Source: the human T2T-CHM13v2.0 reference genome, Homo sapiens. From it: a stretch of 64,000 bases of DNA. Position 1 is the first letter of the stretch. Every line of letters begins with the position of its first letter. The notes beneath the pieces are model-generated. The model saw nothing but the letters and a program-made list of their open reading frames with translations, was not told the DNA's origin and did not search any database. The translations under genes and the position numbers were made by a program. Positions 22,756-34,884 of the stretch are shown piece after piece. The DNA lies in assembly GCF_009914755.1 (NCBI RefSeq), contig NC_060947.1; one strand, given 5' to 3'.

Positions 22756-25098
22756 ACAGCAACATTTGTTCCTTCGACCTCTAAATTCCATTCCAAGTTT
22801 TTCCACTTTACTGCTGTGAGTGAAATTAGTGTCATCTCTCCCATACCCTGTGTTAAAGGCTTCCTTATTGTTGCTTCTTTTCCTATCCTAGTCCCTGAAA
22901 AAAACCACTGTCTTTTCAGCAACCCGTGACCCTTTAAAAAACCAATACGTGATTAAAGTTTTAAATACACACATCAGATTTAACTAGAATGTGAAGTTAT
23001 ATGTATTTTGGAAAATGCATGGACTCCCATATCTACCAACCAAGTATCATACTGACCAGTTCCACCTGCCTAAACTTCTCCTGTGCATCCCTTTTGAGGT
23101 CAATCACCGCACTTCTACAAAGCTCCTAGCAACTGTCTTCTGTTTTCAGTTCCTATACTTTTAACTTTTCCAATTTGTCATATGATTAGCTTCATAAAAT
23201 ACTGACTTAAAAGTGTGCCTGTACTATTTTTTATCACAACTAGCAAGGAATGAGAATTTCTGTTATTCTATATCCTCTCTTACATTGAGTATTTTAGATT
23301 TTCAGGTTTTAGCCATTCTCATAAGCATGTATTGGAACCTTCTTTGGTTTTTGTTTGCCTCTTCTTAATGACATATGACATTGGTCATCTTTTTATATGC
23401 TTTTTTTTCCGTTTGCTATATTCCCTTTCGTAAAGTGTCTATTCAAATCATTTGCATCGTTTTATAGATGAATAAACTTCATTTTTAGAGCATTGCTAAT
23501 TCAAAAATACAAAGAGAAATCTTCATCAGAATTAGAGTTCCTACATAATCTACACCACCCGCCCTGCCCTGATTGCTGCACACACACACAAAGTCTATCT
23601 TTTTATTTACATTTTGTATTATTATGACATGTTTGCTACAACTGATGGAACTGTATTGATACCTCACACTTAAGTCCATGGTTTACATCAGGACTCACTC
23701 TTAACGATGGGGATATTATACATTTCGATAAGGGTGTAATGGCAAGTATTCATCATTGTATTGTCCCACAGAATTGTTTCACCATCTTAGAGCTCCTGTG
23801 TGTTCCACCTAATGAATCAATTCCCCTTGCCCCAACCCCAGCCCTCAGCCCCTGGAAACCAGTAATATTTTTAGTGTATTCATCATTGCATGTTCCAGAA
23901 TGTGGTATGCTAGGAAGCCTTTTTAGATTTTCTTCTTTCATTTAGCAATATGCTTTCATGATTCCTCCAGGTCTATCCCACTAACAATGACTGAAAGTTC
24001 CTGGTGGTCAACATGCATGTCAACATTTGATGTTTCAGTGTTTTAGATGTCAGCCATTCTCCTGGGTGTAGAGCGCTATACACCCAGCATCGGGGAGGGG
24101 GGCCTCCTCTCTGCAGAGGATCCGCCCCCACCTCTCCACCTCTTTCCACCCTTTCCTACCCTCCTCTCCACCTCCATCCACTTTTTCTTGCCCACCTCCC
24201 TACTCCATTCCACCCATTACTGTTCACCTTCCGCCCCCTTCTACCGGTTCCTGTCCATCTCCCCACTCCCTCCCACCCTTTCCTACCCACCTCCCTACCC
24301 ATTCCACCCATTATGGCTCACCTCTTCACCCCCTTCCACCCACTCCTGCCCACTTCCCCAACCCCTTCCACTTCTTCCTATCCACCTCCACGTGGCTGGC
24401 CCACTTCTTCCTGCCCACTTCCCTGCCTCCTTCTAGCCCTTCCTGCTTACCTTATGGTCCCCCTCCACCTTTTCTTTGTCACTCCCCAGCCCACCTCTTT
24501 CTTCCCACCTCTCTGCTCTCTCCTGGTCACCTCCTTTCTCCAGGTGTTACAGCAGGTTGTGACTGGGCGTGATCTGGGCCTCCCCTCCGTGTTGGGAGGT
24601 CACTGTCCTTCCACAGAATTCTCTTCTTGTTGAGTGGCCAGTCCTGGGGCTCCTCTCTCCACTTAACTGAAACTGCCCTCCTCAGAGAAAACTTCCCCTC
24701 CGGCAGACTCCCAAAATGGAAATTAGAAAGTTGTACATCTGGGGACCCTGATGGGGTCCTCCAGAGCTGGCAGCAGGCATGGGGGCAGGGGAGGGGCACT
24801 ACCAGCCATGGGCATTCCCTTCCAGCCTTCCTGAGAGGCTGTGCCTGGACTCCTGAAACTCCCTGGGCTCCCTGCCTCTGTGCATCTGAGTCTTTCACCT
24901 CCGAATAAGCCCCTCCCATCCCTGAGACCTGCAAGGTAGAAGAAAGGGAGAATCACATCCATCCACAATAGGATAGGGCCTCCAAAGCCCATGGCAGGGC
25001 TCCGGTGCCCTGTGTCTGAAATGGCATGGACAAGACTCTGTCTTCCTGCAATTATTATTCCTGACGGGGCCTCAGAGTCCCTTCCCTTGCTGTCCAGA
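22756..25098. repeat. MAGE-C tandem unit C, gene body deleted
   Basis: 22756-24080 matches 12931-14278; 24081 onward matches the upstream half of the promoter (22025 onward) and the upstream module. Confidence 0.88.
24120..24530. repeat. C/T-rich low-complexity tract (G-rich on the minus strand)
   Basis: Numerous ccc/cccac/ctcc runs; about three times longer than the paralogous tract at 22070-22210. Confidence 0.85.
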
Positions 25099-27038
25099 GA
25101 CTATGATCTTCAGATCAAGGTTCCCATTTCCATGAGACCCCAAGCCAAGAGGAAGTGAAAAGCCCTAGCATCCCTGCCTGAGGGCCCTGCCCAAGGCCTC
25201 TCAGGGGTGAAAACAGGGGCTGGTTTTGTGTGTCCTTCTGTTTCTTGGAAGGGATGTCTCACCAGTCCTTCCTCTATGTCATCCTGGGGATGCCTGGAAG
25301 AGCCTGAGTCCCTTCCCCTCTCATGATCTGAAGTGAGACTCACTTGAGCACAGCCCTCTCCTCTTTCTACCCTCTAAGAAGTCAGGGGACACCACAGTGG
25401 GCCAGCATGCCCCAGGGCCTCCCATGGCTGACAGCAGGAGGGAAGCTGGATTCTGTGGATCCTCCTCTTTGTGGGCAGGGAGTCTCTGCAGTTCTCCCTC
25501 AGAGGCCTCATTTGACTACTGGTTGGTCCTGGGTCTCCCTGTCCTTCCCAGGATGGCAGTATGACACAGGGGAAAAATAATGTGACTTTACCCTGAAGAA
25601 AGCTGAACAAACACTACGTTGCCGTGGTGATCGAATTAACATCATCAGTGACAAATTATGTTTGTCCTATATATGGTGGGTATGACGTGGAATACTTGGG
25701 AACTTTTTGCACTATCTTAGTAATTTTTCCATACATCTAAAATTAACCTAAAATAACAGGGTTTTTTTTAATGTGATAATGTTAGCAAACTAGGTAAAAT
25801 TTTATTTAACTCTTGATAGTAAATATTATACTTACCTGGGAAAATTTGAAACTTCTGCTTTGAGATTAGTAACCAAACTAGAATCCTGCTATCACAAATT
25901 TCTATTCAATTGTCTAATAAAGGTAGTAGCCAGTGAAGTAATATATAGCAGATATAAAAGCAGTAAGGATGTTAATGTAGAAAATAGTGTTTCCATGAGT
26001 AACAGATTATTAGACTGTTTATGAAAAAAAAAATCAGAATTAAAGATAAGCATCCTAATCTATAAATCAGTACATGTGCTTGTCAGATAAAAGATCACTG
26101 TACAAAAATGATTCTTGCTTTTTTTACAGGAGCAAAGAGTATGAAAAAAATGGTAAACAAAATGTAACTTGTAACATATCATACCAAAATATCAATTAAA
26201 ATAAATTTACCAATAAAATTTAACAACTTCACAGAAAATCATAAGTGTAGCATTTAGGTTAATTGATGAACCCTACATAAATTTAGAGTTTTTTTAATTT
26301 TAATTTTTAATTTGGGGGTGTATTATAGGTGTATATTTTTATGGGTTACATGAGATATTTTGATACAGGCATGAAATAGGTAATAATTACCACAGGGTAA
26401 ATGGGGTATACATCAATTTGGTATCCGTTGTGTTACAAACAATCCAATTATACTGTTTTATTTACTTTAAATGTTCAATTAAATTATTTTTTCACTACTA
26501 TCACCCCATTGCGCTGGCAATTACTAGGTCTTACTCATTGTTTCTATGTTTTTCTACCCATTAACTCTCCCCACTTTCTCCCCACCCTCACTACCCTTCT
26601 CTGATAAGCATCCCTCTACGCTCTATCTCCTTGAATTCAATCGTGTTGATTTTTAGCTCCCACAAATAATGAGAATATACAGTTTGTCTTTTTGTGCCTG
26701 ACTTATTTCATTGAACATAATGACCTATAGTTTTGTTCATGTGCTGCAAATGACTGTACCTCCTTCTCTTTTATGGCCAAATATTACTCCCTTGTGTATA
26801 TGTACTGTAGTGAACAGTGCTGCCATAAACATGGGAATGCGGATATCTCTTCAATATACTGATTTCCTTTCTTTTCTGTGTATAGCAAGCAATGGGATTG
26901 CTGGATCATACGATAGCTCTATTTTTAGTTTTTGGAGGAACCTCCAAACTGTTCTCCATAGCAGCTGTACTAATTTACATTCCCACCAACAGTATGCAAG
27001 TGTTCCCTTTTGTCCAAATCCTCACAAGCATTTGTTAC

Positions 27039-27850
27039 TGATACTGAAGCGGGGCAGGGAAGTGCTGGGTAGAGGAGGGCATGGTCTTTGGCTAGGGCTG
27101 TACTCCTGGGCCTGTGCCCAGCAACCTAGGTGAGGACAGTCATGTCTTTCTTCCTGCCCAAATGTTGCATTTCCCAAGACCACCCTGGCCTGCCATGTCC
27201 CCATCCTGTGCCTATAAAAACCCCAAGACCCTAGCAGGCAGACACACAAGCGGCTGGACATGGAGAGAAACACATCTGCAGAAGAAGACACAAGTGGCTG
27301 GACATTGAGAGGACATCGAGGGGAGCATGCCAGCCGAAGAGCACATGACACACACGGGCCCACCAGCAAGCTATTGACCAGGAGAATGAGGTGGAGTTTG
27401 GTTGGGGCAGTCAGAGGAGAGCCCAGGCTGCCGAGTGGCCTGACTCCAAGGGAAAACCATCTCCCTTCTGGCTCCCCCATCTGCTGAGAGCTACTTCCAC
27501 TCAATAAAACCTTGCACTCATTCTCCAAGCCCTCATGTAATCCGATTCTTCCAGTACACCAAGGCAAGAACCCCGGGGTACAGAAAGCCCCATCCTTGCA
27601 ATGAGGCAGGAGTCTAATTGAGCTATCATAAGCCGCCTATGGATAGCTAAACTAAAAAGAACCCTGTAACACATGTCCACTGGGACTTCAGCTATAAATA
27701 TTCACCCCTAGACACTGCTGTGGGGTTGGAGCCCCACAGACTGACAGTCTGTATGCTCTCCTAGAGGTTTGAGCAGCGGGGCACTTAAGAAATGAGCGAC
27801 GCCCTCATCGTTTGCCCTGCAATGGGGATAAGGAAACTTTACCCGTTTCA
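27039..27850 (+). mobile_element. ERV1-class solo LTR (LTR1/LTR27/LTR28-like)
   Basis: TG...CA termini; TATAAAA ~27213; AATAAA ~27503; near TSD ttac/ttat; L1 sequence resumes on both sides. Confidence 0.8.
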
Positions 27851-28452
27851 TTATTCCTGGACTTTTGGATAAAAACTGTTATAACTGGGATGAGAAATCT
27901 CATTGTAGTTTTTATTTGCAATTCTCTAATCAGTGATGTTGAGTACCTTTTGATATACCTGTTTGCCATTTGTATGCCTTCTTTAGAGAAATGTCTATTC
28001 AGATGTTTTGCCCATTTTTAATCAGATTATTAGATTTTTCCTATAGATTTTTTCCTATGCCATTATTATATAGTTATATATCCTTGTATATTCTAATTAT
28101 CAATCCCTTGTCAGATAGGTAATTAGCAAATATATTCTCCAATTCTGTGGGATGCATCTTCACTTTGTTTACTGTTTGCTGTGGAGAATATTTCTAACTT
28201 GTTGTGATCCTATTTGTCCATTTTTGCTTTGCTTGCTTGTGCTTATGGGGTATTACTGAAACAATCTTTGCCCAGTCACATGTTCTGGAGAGTTTCCCCA
28301 AAGTTTTCTTTTAGTAGTTTCATAGTTTGAGGTCTTATATTTAAGTGGTTACTTCATTTTGATTTGATTTTTGTATATAACAAGAGATAGTAGTACATGG
28401 TTTCAATCTTCTGCTTACAAATATGCAGTTTTCTCAGCACCATTTATTGAAG

Positions 28453-28700
28453 AATTGATGAACCCCTACATAAATTTAGGGTTTTTCTAATTTTAATTTT
28501 TAATTTGGGGGTACATTATAGGTGTATATTTTTATGGGTTACATGAGATATTTTGATACAGGCATGAAATAGGTAATAATTACCACAGGGTAAATGGGGT
28601 ATACATTACATCAATTATGTATCCGTTGTGTTACAAACAATCCAATTATACTCTTTTATTTACTTTAAATGTTCAATTAAATTATTTTTTCACTACTATC
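28453..28700 (+). repeat. ~245 bp direct copy of 26261-26502
   Basis: aattgatgaaccc...tttttcactactatc occurs twice, ~95% identical by eye. Confidence 0.95.
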
Positions 28701-29185
28701 CACCTAGGAATTAATTTAACCAAATAATTGAAAGATCTCTATTATGAAAACTATGAAACATGCAGGAAATTGAAAAAGACAAGCAAGAAGTGAAAAAATA
28801 TTTCATGTTCATGGATTTCAAGAATCAACATTGTTAAAATGTTCATACTACCCAAATCAATCTACATATTTAATGCAATTCCTATAAAACTACCTATGAC
28901 ATTCTTCACAAAAATAGTAAAAACAACCCTAAAATGTATATGGAACCACAAAAGACACAGAATAGCCAAAGACATCCTAAGCAAAAAGAACAAAACTAGA
29001 GGAATCACATTACCTGACTTTAAGTTATACTACAGAGTTATAGTAACCAAAATAGCATGGTACAGACATAAAATCAGACAAAAATAGATGAGTAGAACAG
29101 AATGGAAAACCCAGATATAAATCCATGCATCTATAGTGAATTCATTTTTGACACAGGTGTCAAGAGTATACATTAGGAAAAGGAG
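28701..29185 (+). mobile_element. Inverted L1 ORF2 segment
   Basis: ORF 28839-29087 ([14 protein letters not shown]...[12 protein letters not shown]) is the L1 ORF2p C-terminal region, opposite in orientation to its flanks. Confidence 0.9.
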
Positions 29186-32100
29186 AATGGTGTATCCATT
29201 TTTCTTATTTCAAGTTAACATGAGGCTTGCAAATACTATCTTATAACCCGTTATTTTAAACTGATAACAACACTGTTTGCATAGACAAACCAACAAACAA
29301 GCAAAAAGGAAACTAATAAAAACTGTACGCCTTAGCTTTATCCCCTTGCTTTTTAACTTTTTGTTTGTTCTATTTACATTTTATTTTACTGTCTGTGTCT
29401 TGAAAATTTGTCGTTGTTATTATTCTTGACTGGCTCATCATTTAGTCTTTCTACTTAGAATAAGAGTAGTTTGCACACCAGTTACAGTGTAATACTATTC
29501 TGTGTTTTTATGTGTACTTACTATTACTAGTAAGTTCTGTACCTTCAGGTGATTACTTGTTGCTCATTGACATTCTTTTCTTTCTGATCCAAGTACTACG
29601 CCCTTTAGCATTTCTTGTAGGACAGGTCTGGTGTTGAAGAAATCCCTCAGCTTTTCTTTGTTTGGTAAAGGCTTTATTTCTTCTTCATGTTTGAAGGATA
29701 TTTTCACCATGTGTCCTATTCTAAGGTAAAAGTTTGTTTGTTTGTTTCCTTCAGAACTTTAATATGTTTTGCCACTTTTTCCTGGCCTGTAAGATTTCCA
29801 CGGACAAGACTGCCGTCAAACACGTTGGAGCTCTGAGATATGTTGTTTATTTTCTCCTGCTGCTTTTAGGATCCTTTTATTTTCCTTGACCTTTGGGTGT
29901 TTGATTATTAAATGCACTGAGGTAGTGTAGTCTTTGGGTTAAATCTGCTTGGTGATCTATAACTTTCTTGTACTTGGATAGTCACATCTTTCTCTAGGTT
30001 TTGGATGTTCTCTGTTACTATCTCTTTGAATACTTTTTCTACCCTTATCTCTTTCTTTTACCTCTTCTTTATTGCTAGTAACTCTTAGGTTTGCCCTTTT
30101 TGTGGCTATTTTCTGGACTTCGTAGGTGTACTTCGTTGTTTTATTCTTTTTTTGTTTTCTCCTCTAACTGTATTTTCAAATAGCCTTTCTTTAAGCTCAC
30201 CAATTCTTTCTTCTGCTTGATCAATTCTGCTTATAAAAAACGATGCCTTATTCAGTATGTCAGTTGTGTTATTCAACTCCAGAATTTCTGATTAATTGTT
30301 TTGAATTATTTCAATTGCTTCATTAAATGTATGTGATATAATTCTGAATTTCTTCTTTTTATTATATTAAATTTCTTTGAGTTTTCTCAGAACTGCTATT
30401 TTGAATTCTCTGTCTGAAAGATCACATTTCTCTGTTTCTCTAGGATTGGTCCCTGGGTGTCTTATTTAGTTTATTTGCTGAGGTCATGTTTTCATAGATG
30501 GTTGTGATGCTTATGGATGTTCATCTGTGTCTGGGCACTGAAGAGTTAGATATTTATTACAGTCTTTGCAGTCTAGGCTTGTCTGTATCCATCATTCCTG
30601 GGAAGGCTTTACAGATATTTGAAAGAACTGGGGTTTTGTGATCTAAGCCATATCTGCATTAGGTGCACCCCAAGGCCAGTAGCACTGGGGTTTTTGCAGA
30701 CTCTTAGGGGTATCATCTTTCTCCCGACCAAATGAAGTCTCTCTGTGTGGAGCTGCCTGGAGCTGGGGGTGGGTGACACAAGCTCCCCTCTGGCCACCAT
30801 CACTAGGACTGTGCTGGGTCTGATCTGAAGCTAGCACAGCACTGGGTCTTGCCCAAGGCCCACTCTAACCACACCAGGCTATTGCCTATATTTTCTCAAA
30901 GCCCTGTGGTCTACAATCAGCAGGTAGCAAAGCCAGCCAGACTTGTGTCCTTCCCTTTAAGGTGGTGAGTTCCCACAGGACCAGGGCAGGTCCAGACGTG
31001 CCACCTGGGATCCAGGAACTAAAAGCAAATACCTTAGAAATCTTCCTGGTGTTTTATTGTACTGCAGTTGAACTGGGACTCAAACCATGAGACACTGCCT
31101 TTTCCACTCTTCCATACCTTTTTCGTAGGCAAGGGAGCCTCACCTCATGGCCATTACCCCGACTGCCAGGCTACCGCTGATTTTCCCTGAAGGCCCAAGG
31201 GCTCTGCTGTCAGCTTGCAGTGAATGCTGCCTGGCCTGATACGCACTCTTCAGGGAAGTGGGCTTCCTTCTGGCCCAGGGCCTGTCTAGAAATGCTGTTC
31301 AAGAGCCAAAGCTTGGAATTGGAGACCCTAAGGTCTCCTGTTTGGTGCTCCTGTTTGGTTTTAGAGCTCCTGTTTGGTGCTCTACCTCTTTTTGGCCAAG
31401 ATGATACCACAGGTGTAATACAAAGATCCCTTTACTTTTCCCTCTGCTTTTCTCAAGCAGAAGCATTCTCTCCTCGTAGCCTCCACAGCCGTGGATGTGC
31501 TGAGTCTCACCTGAAGCTGGCAAGTCTCAGAGTCTCACTCAAGGCCTATGGTGTACTATCTGGGTAATGCTGCTGGTCATTCAGAACCCATTCACCACCT
31601 TTACTCAGCAGGTGGTGGATCCTGCCAGGACTGGATCCTTTCCTTTGCTGGTTTCCTCTGGACCAGGGTTTGTCTTGAAATGTCATTTGGGAACTTGCGC
31701 CTGGAATGGGGGCCTCATGACTCTGCCCAATTCCCTATTCTACTGTGTCTGAAATAGTATCCAAGATGCATGACAAAGTCCTATTTGGTCTTCCCTCTAC
31801 TCTCCTCAAGTGGAAGGTCGGGATCTCTTTTGGGACCACAAGCTGTGCAGCATGGATTTGAGGGAGGAGTGGAGCAAGCCCTCCTTTAGCCATCCTAGCT
31901 GATGTCTCAATAGCTTGCATTCCCCCTAATGCCACTGGCTCTTGTCCCAATTCAGCCATAGGACTCCCCTAGGAGTTGTAGTCCCTGTGGCTTGGACTGC
32001 CTTTCAAGTTTATTTACAGCCCCAGAGCACTTTAGCCTATGGTGGCAAGGCTTGCTGGAACTCAAGTTCCAGCTGTTGGGATGGCCATTCCCCTCTGGAA

Positions 32101-32539
32101 AGGGCTGGTTTAAATATTTTCTCTGTGTGCAGGCATCAGTGGGGTTCAGCCTAGTTTTGCTTTCTGCTATGACAGGACAGCACTGAATTCAATGCATTGT
32201 CTCACATTTGTTGTGCTCACCCTCTCCCAAGCACTCAGATTCTCCCCACGCCACACAGCCACTGCCTAGAGATGTGGGAGCAGTGATGTAAGTAATCCAA
32301 TACTCTTTCCTATCTTCTTCAATGCCTCTTTCAGCAACACAAAGTTAAAAGCAGGTACTGTGAGTGCTCAGCTGATTTTTGGTTCTTATGAAGGTACTTT
32401 TTTTGTGCAGATAGTTGTTAAATTGGTATCCTTGCAGGGGAGATGATTACTGGAGCCTTCTACTCCATCATTTAACTCTACTCTTCTCCCCTACAATAAT
32501 TTAAAACTATATATGTACATAGATATTAAAATTCCCTAT

Positions 32540-32959
32540 TGATATGGTTTGAATCTGTGTCTTCACCCAAATCTCATGTCAACGTGTAATCCCCAATGTT
32601 GGAGGTGGAGCCTGGTCAGAGGCGATTGGATCGTGGGGGCAGATTTCTCATAAATGGTTTAGTATCATCTTCTTGGTACTGTTCTCAAAATAGTGAGCTT
32701 GAACTCAGTCTGGTCATTTAAAAGCGTGTAGAAACTCATTTCTCTCTCTTTTCCTCCTGTCTGGCCATGTGATGTGTCTTCTTCACCTTCAGCTTCCACC
32801 ATGATTGTAAGTTTCCTGAGGCCTCTGTAGAAGTCAAGCAGATGCCAGCATCATGCTTGCTGTACAGCCTGCAGAACTGTGAGCCAATGAAACCTTATTT
32901 CTTTAAAGTTATCCAGTCCCAGATATTTATTTGTAGCAATGTGAGAACAGCCTAACACA
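32540..32959 (+). mobile_element. MSTA/MSTB MaLR solo LTR
   Basis: tgatatggtttgaatctgtgtc...catgcttgctgtacagcctgcagaactgtgagccaat...cagcctaacaca. Confidence 0.88.
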
Positions 32960-33379
32960 TATATTGTAAATATGTTAGTTCTCCTGAAGATTTATCTACA
33001 GTTTGATTGCAATGCCAATTTTAAGGAACCAAACTTTGTATGCAAATGTGTGTGTAAACTTAATATGATGATTCTAAAATTTAAAGTTATGCCTATGGTC
33101 GAGCATAGCCAAGACACTCTTGAGAAAATAGAATCTAAAAGCAGCAACTTTACCAGAGAGTAAGGATTACTAAAAAGTTATAATGGGATTTTGTGGTTTA
33201 GGCACAGGCGTTGAGAAACAGACCACTGGAAACTAATAAGGAGTCACCCAAAACACCTTCTTATGTACCTATACTAGATTGTGACAATAACGTGTTTATC
33301 ATAAAAAATTTAAAACCTACATAAAATTATATAGAAAAGCAAAGTGGACTTTCTTATATTCTATCATGAAGAAAGCCAG

Positions 33380-33630
33380 TATTGTGTTCTCACTTATAAA
33401 TAGGAGTTAAATAATGTGTACCCATGGATGTAGTGTGTAGTATAACAGGCAATCGAGACTTAGAAGGGGAACAGAGCGGGAGAAGATGGATAATGTGAAA
33501 TTACTTAATGGGTACAATGTACCTTATTCGGGTGATGAATACCCTAAATGCCCTTATTTCACCACTATTAAATCTCTGCATGTAACAAAATTGCATTAGT
33601 ACCTCATAAATTTATACAAATGAAATAAAA
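33380..33630 (+). mobile_element. L1 (L1PB/L1MA) 3' end fragment
   Basis: gttctcacttataaataggag...aaattacttaatgggtacaatgtac...catgtaacaaaattgcattagtacc. Confidence 0.75.
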
Positions 33631-34884
33631 GGAAGTCACCATTATGGGCCAATTAGGGGATCAACAATGCTGCATGAGGAAGGATTGGAATCATCTGGGG
33701 CACTGATTCCAATCAGTCAAGTCAGTAACAGAAGGAGTGGAGATGATGTATGGGGGAGGAAGAGGGGAATTGGCAGCTCCTCTTGACCTTATTCTCATAC
33801 ATAGATGGCCTTACTACCTTTATGAATCTTCATTTTCAAAGAGCAAAAGCAAAAACTTAGTGCTGATTTGGGATCAAAGCAACCTGGGCCAATGATATGA
33901 GGCCAATGACCTCCCAAACTACCAGTTGGGATGATGATCTTTGGAGCTCTGGGGATCCAAGAAATATAACGTGGACAATACTGTTCCAGGAAAGCATGAC
34001 AGGGTAACGTTGTTCTGACTACAGACACCTTGAACAGGCCCAAGAACACTTTCCTGACTGGGAAGTGGTGACAGATTGCCCACAGGTGATGGAAGTAGAG
34101 GCCTACCTCCTTCCGCATTTTGGCTAGGGAGATTCCAGTGATGGTAGGGTGAACTCCTCTTTTTCCAGCACAACACCAACCAGAAATCTGTCTTGGAATT
34201 GGAGGTTAGAAAATACAAAAAAATTCTCACAGTAATCTATGAAAAAGTTAATCATGGCTTAATTTATTTCTATTAATATGAAAGGTGGCAAGATTTTTAT
34301 TGATGACCTTTATTCCTCTCCTTTCCTTTACTTCCATCTAATCCATCAAAGGATTCTGTTCCATTAACCTCTAAAATCCATTCCAAATCTATCCATTTCA
34401 GTCAATTTTCATTACCACTGCTGTGATGAAGCTACCATCATCTCTCAAATAAACTATAGCAATAACTTCCTTACTGGTGCCTCTTTTTTCCAGATTTACC
34501 CTTGTAAAACCCATTCTGCTCAAAGGAGTCAGGGATCCATTTAAAAATGTAATCCCTGGTTGATTTTTTAAAAATTGCATACATGAAAGTTTACTGTAAC
34601 ATGCAACATGAAAGTTGTATGTATTTTAATAAATGTATAGATTCCTATATCTACCACCCAAGAATCATACAAAACATTTCCATCAGCCTAAAATTCCCCA
34701 GTGTGTCCCCTTTGTAGTAAAATAGTATACCCTCCTCACTCCCTAACCCTGTGGTTTTTGGTGTACTTATAGTTGTACTTTTTTCCAGAATATGCTATAA
34801 ACAGAATCATACAATACTATCTTCCAAGAGGCTATATTATTTTTTTATTACAACCAACAAGGAATGAAAGTTCCTGAATCACTA

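Larger units (their letters stand above)
26289..32487 (-). mobile_element. Formerly full-length L1MA-type element, internally rearranged and interrupted by an LTR
   Basis: T-rich tail at 26289; 3' UTR/ORF2 antisense to 28452; ORF1 and 5' UTR antisense 29190-32487; degenerate TSD ccctacataaatttag / ccctacaataatttaa. Confidence 0.8.

Noticed and set aside
27022-27567. 181 aa minus-strand ORF
   Set aside because: Almost entirely within a solo LTR; no domain similarity recognised
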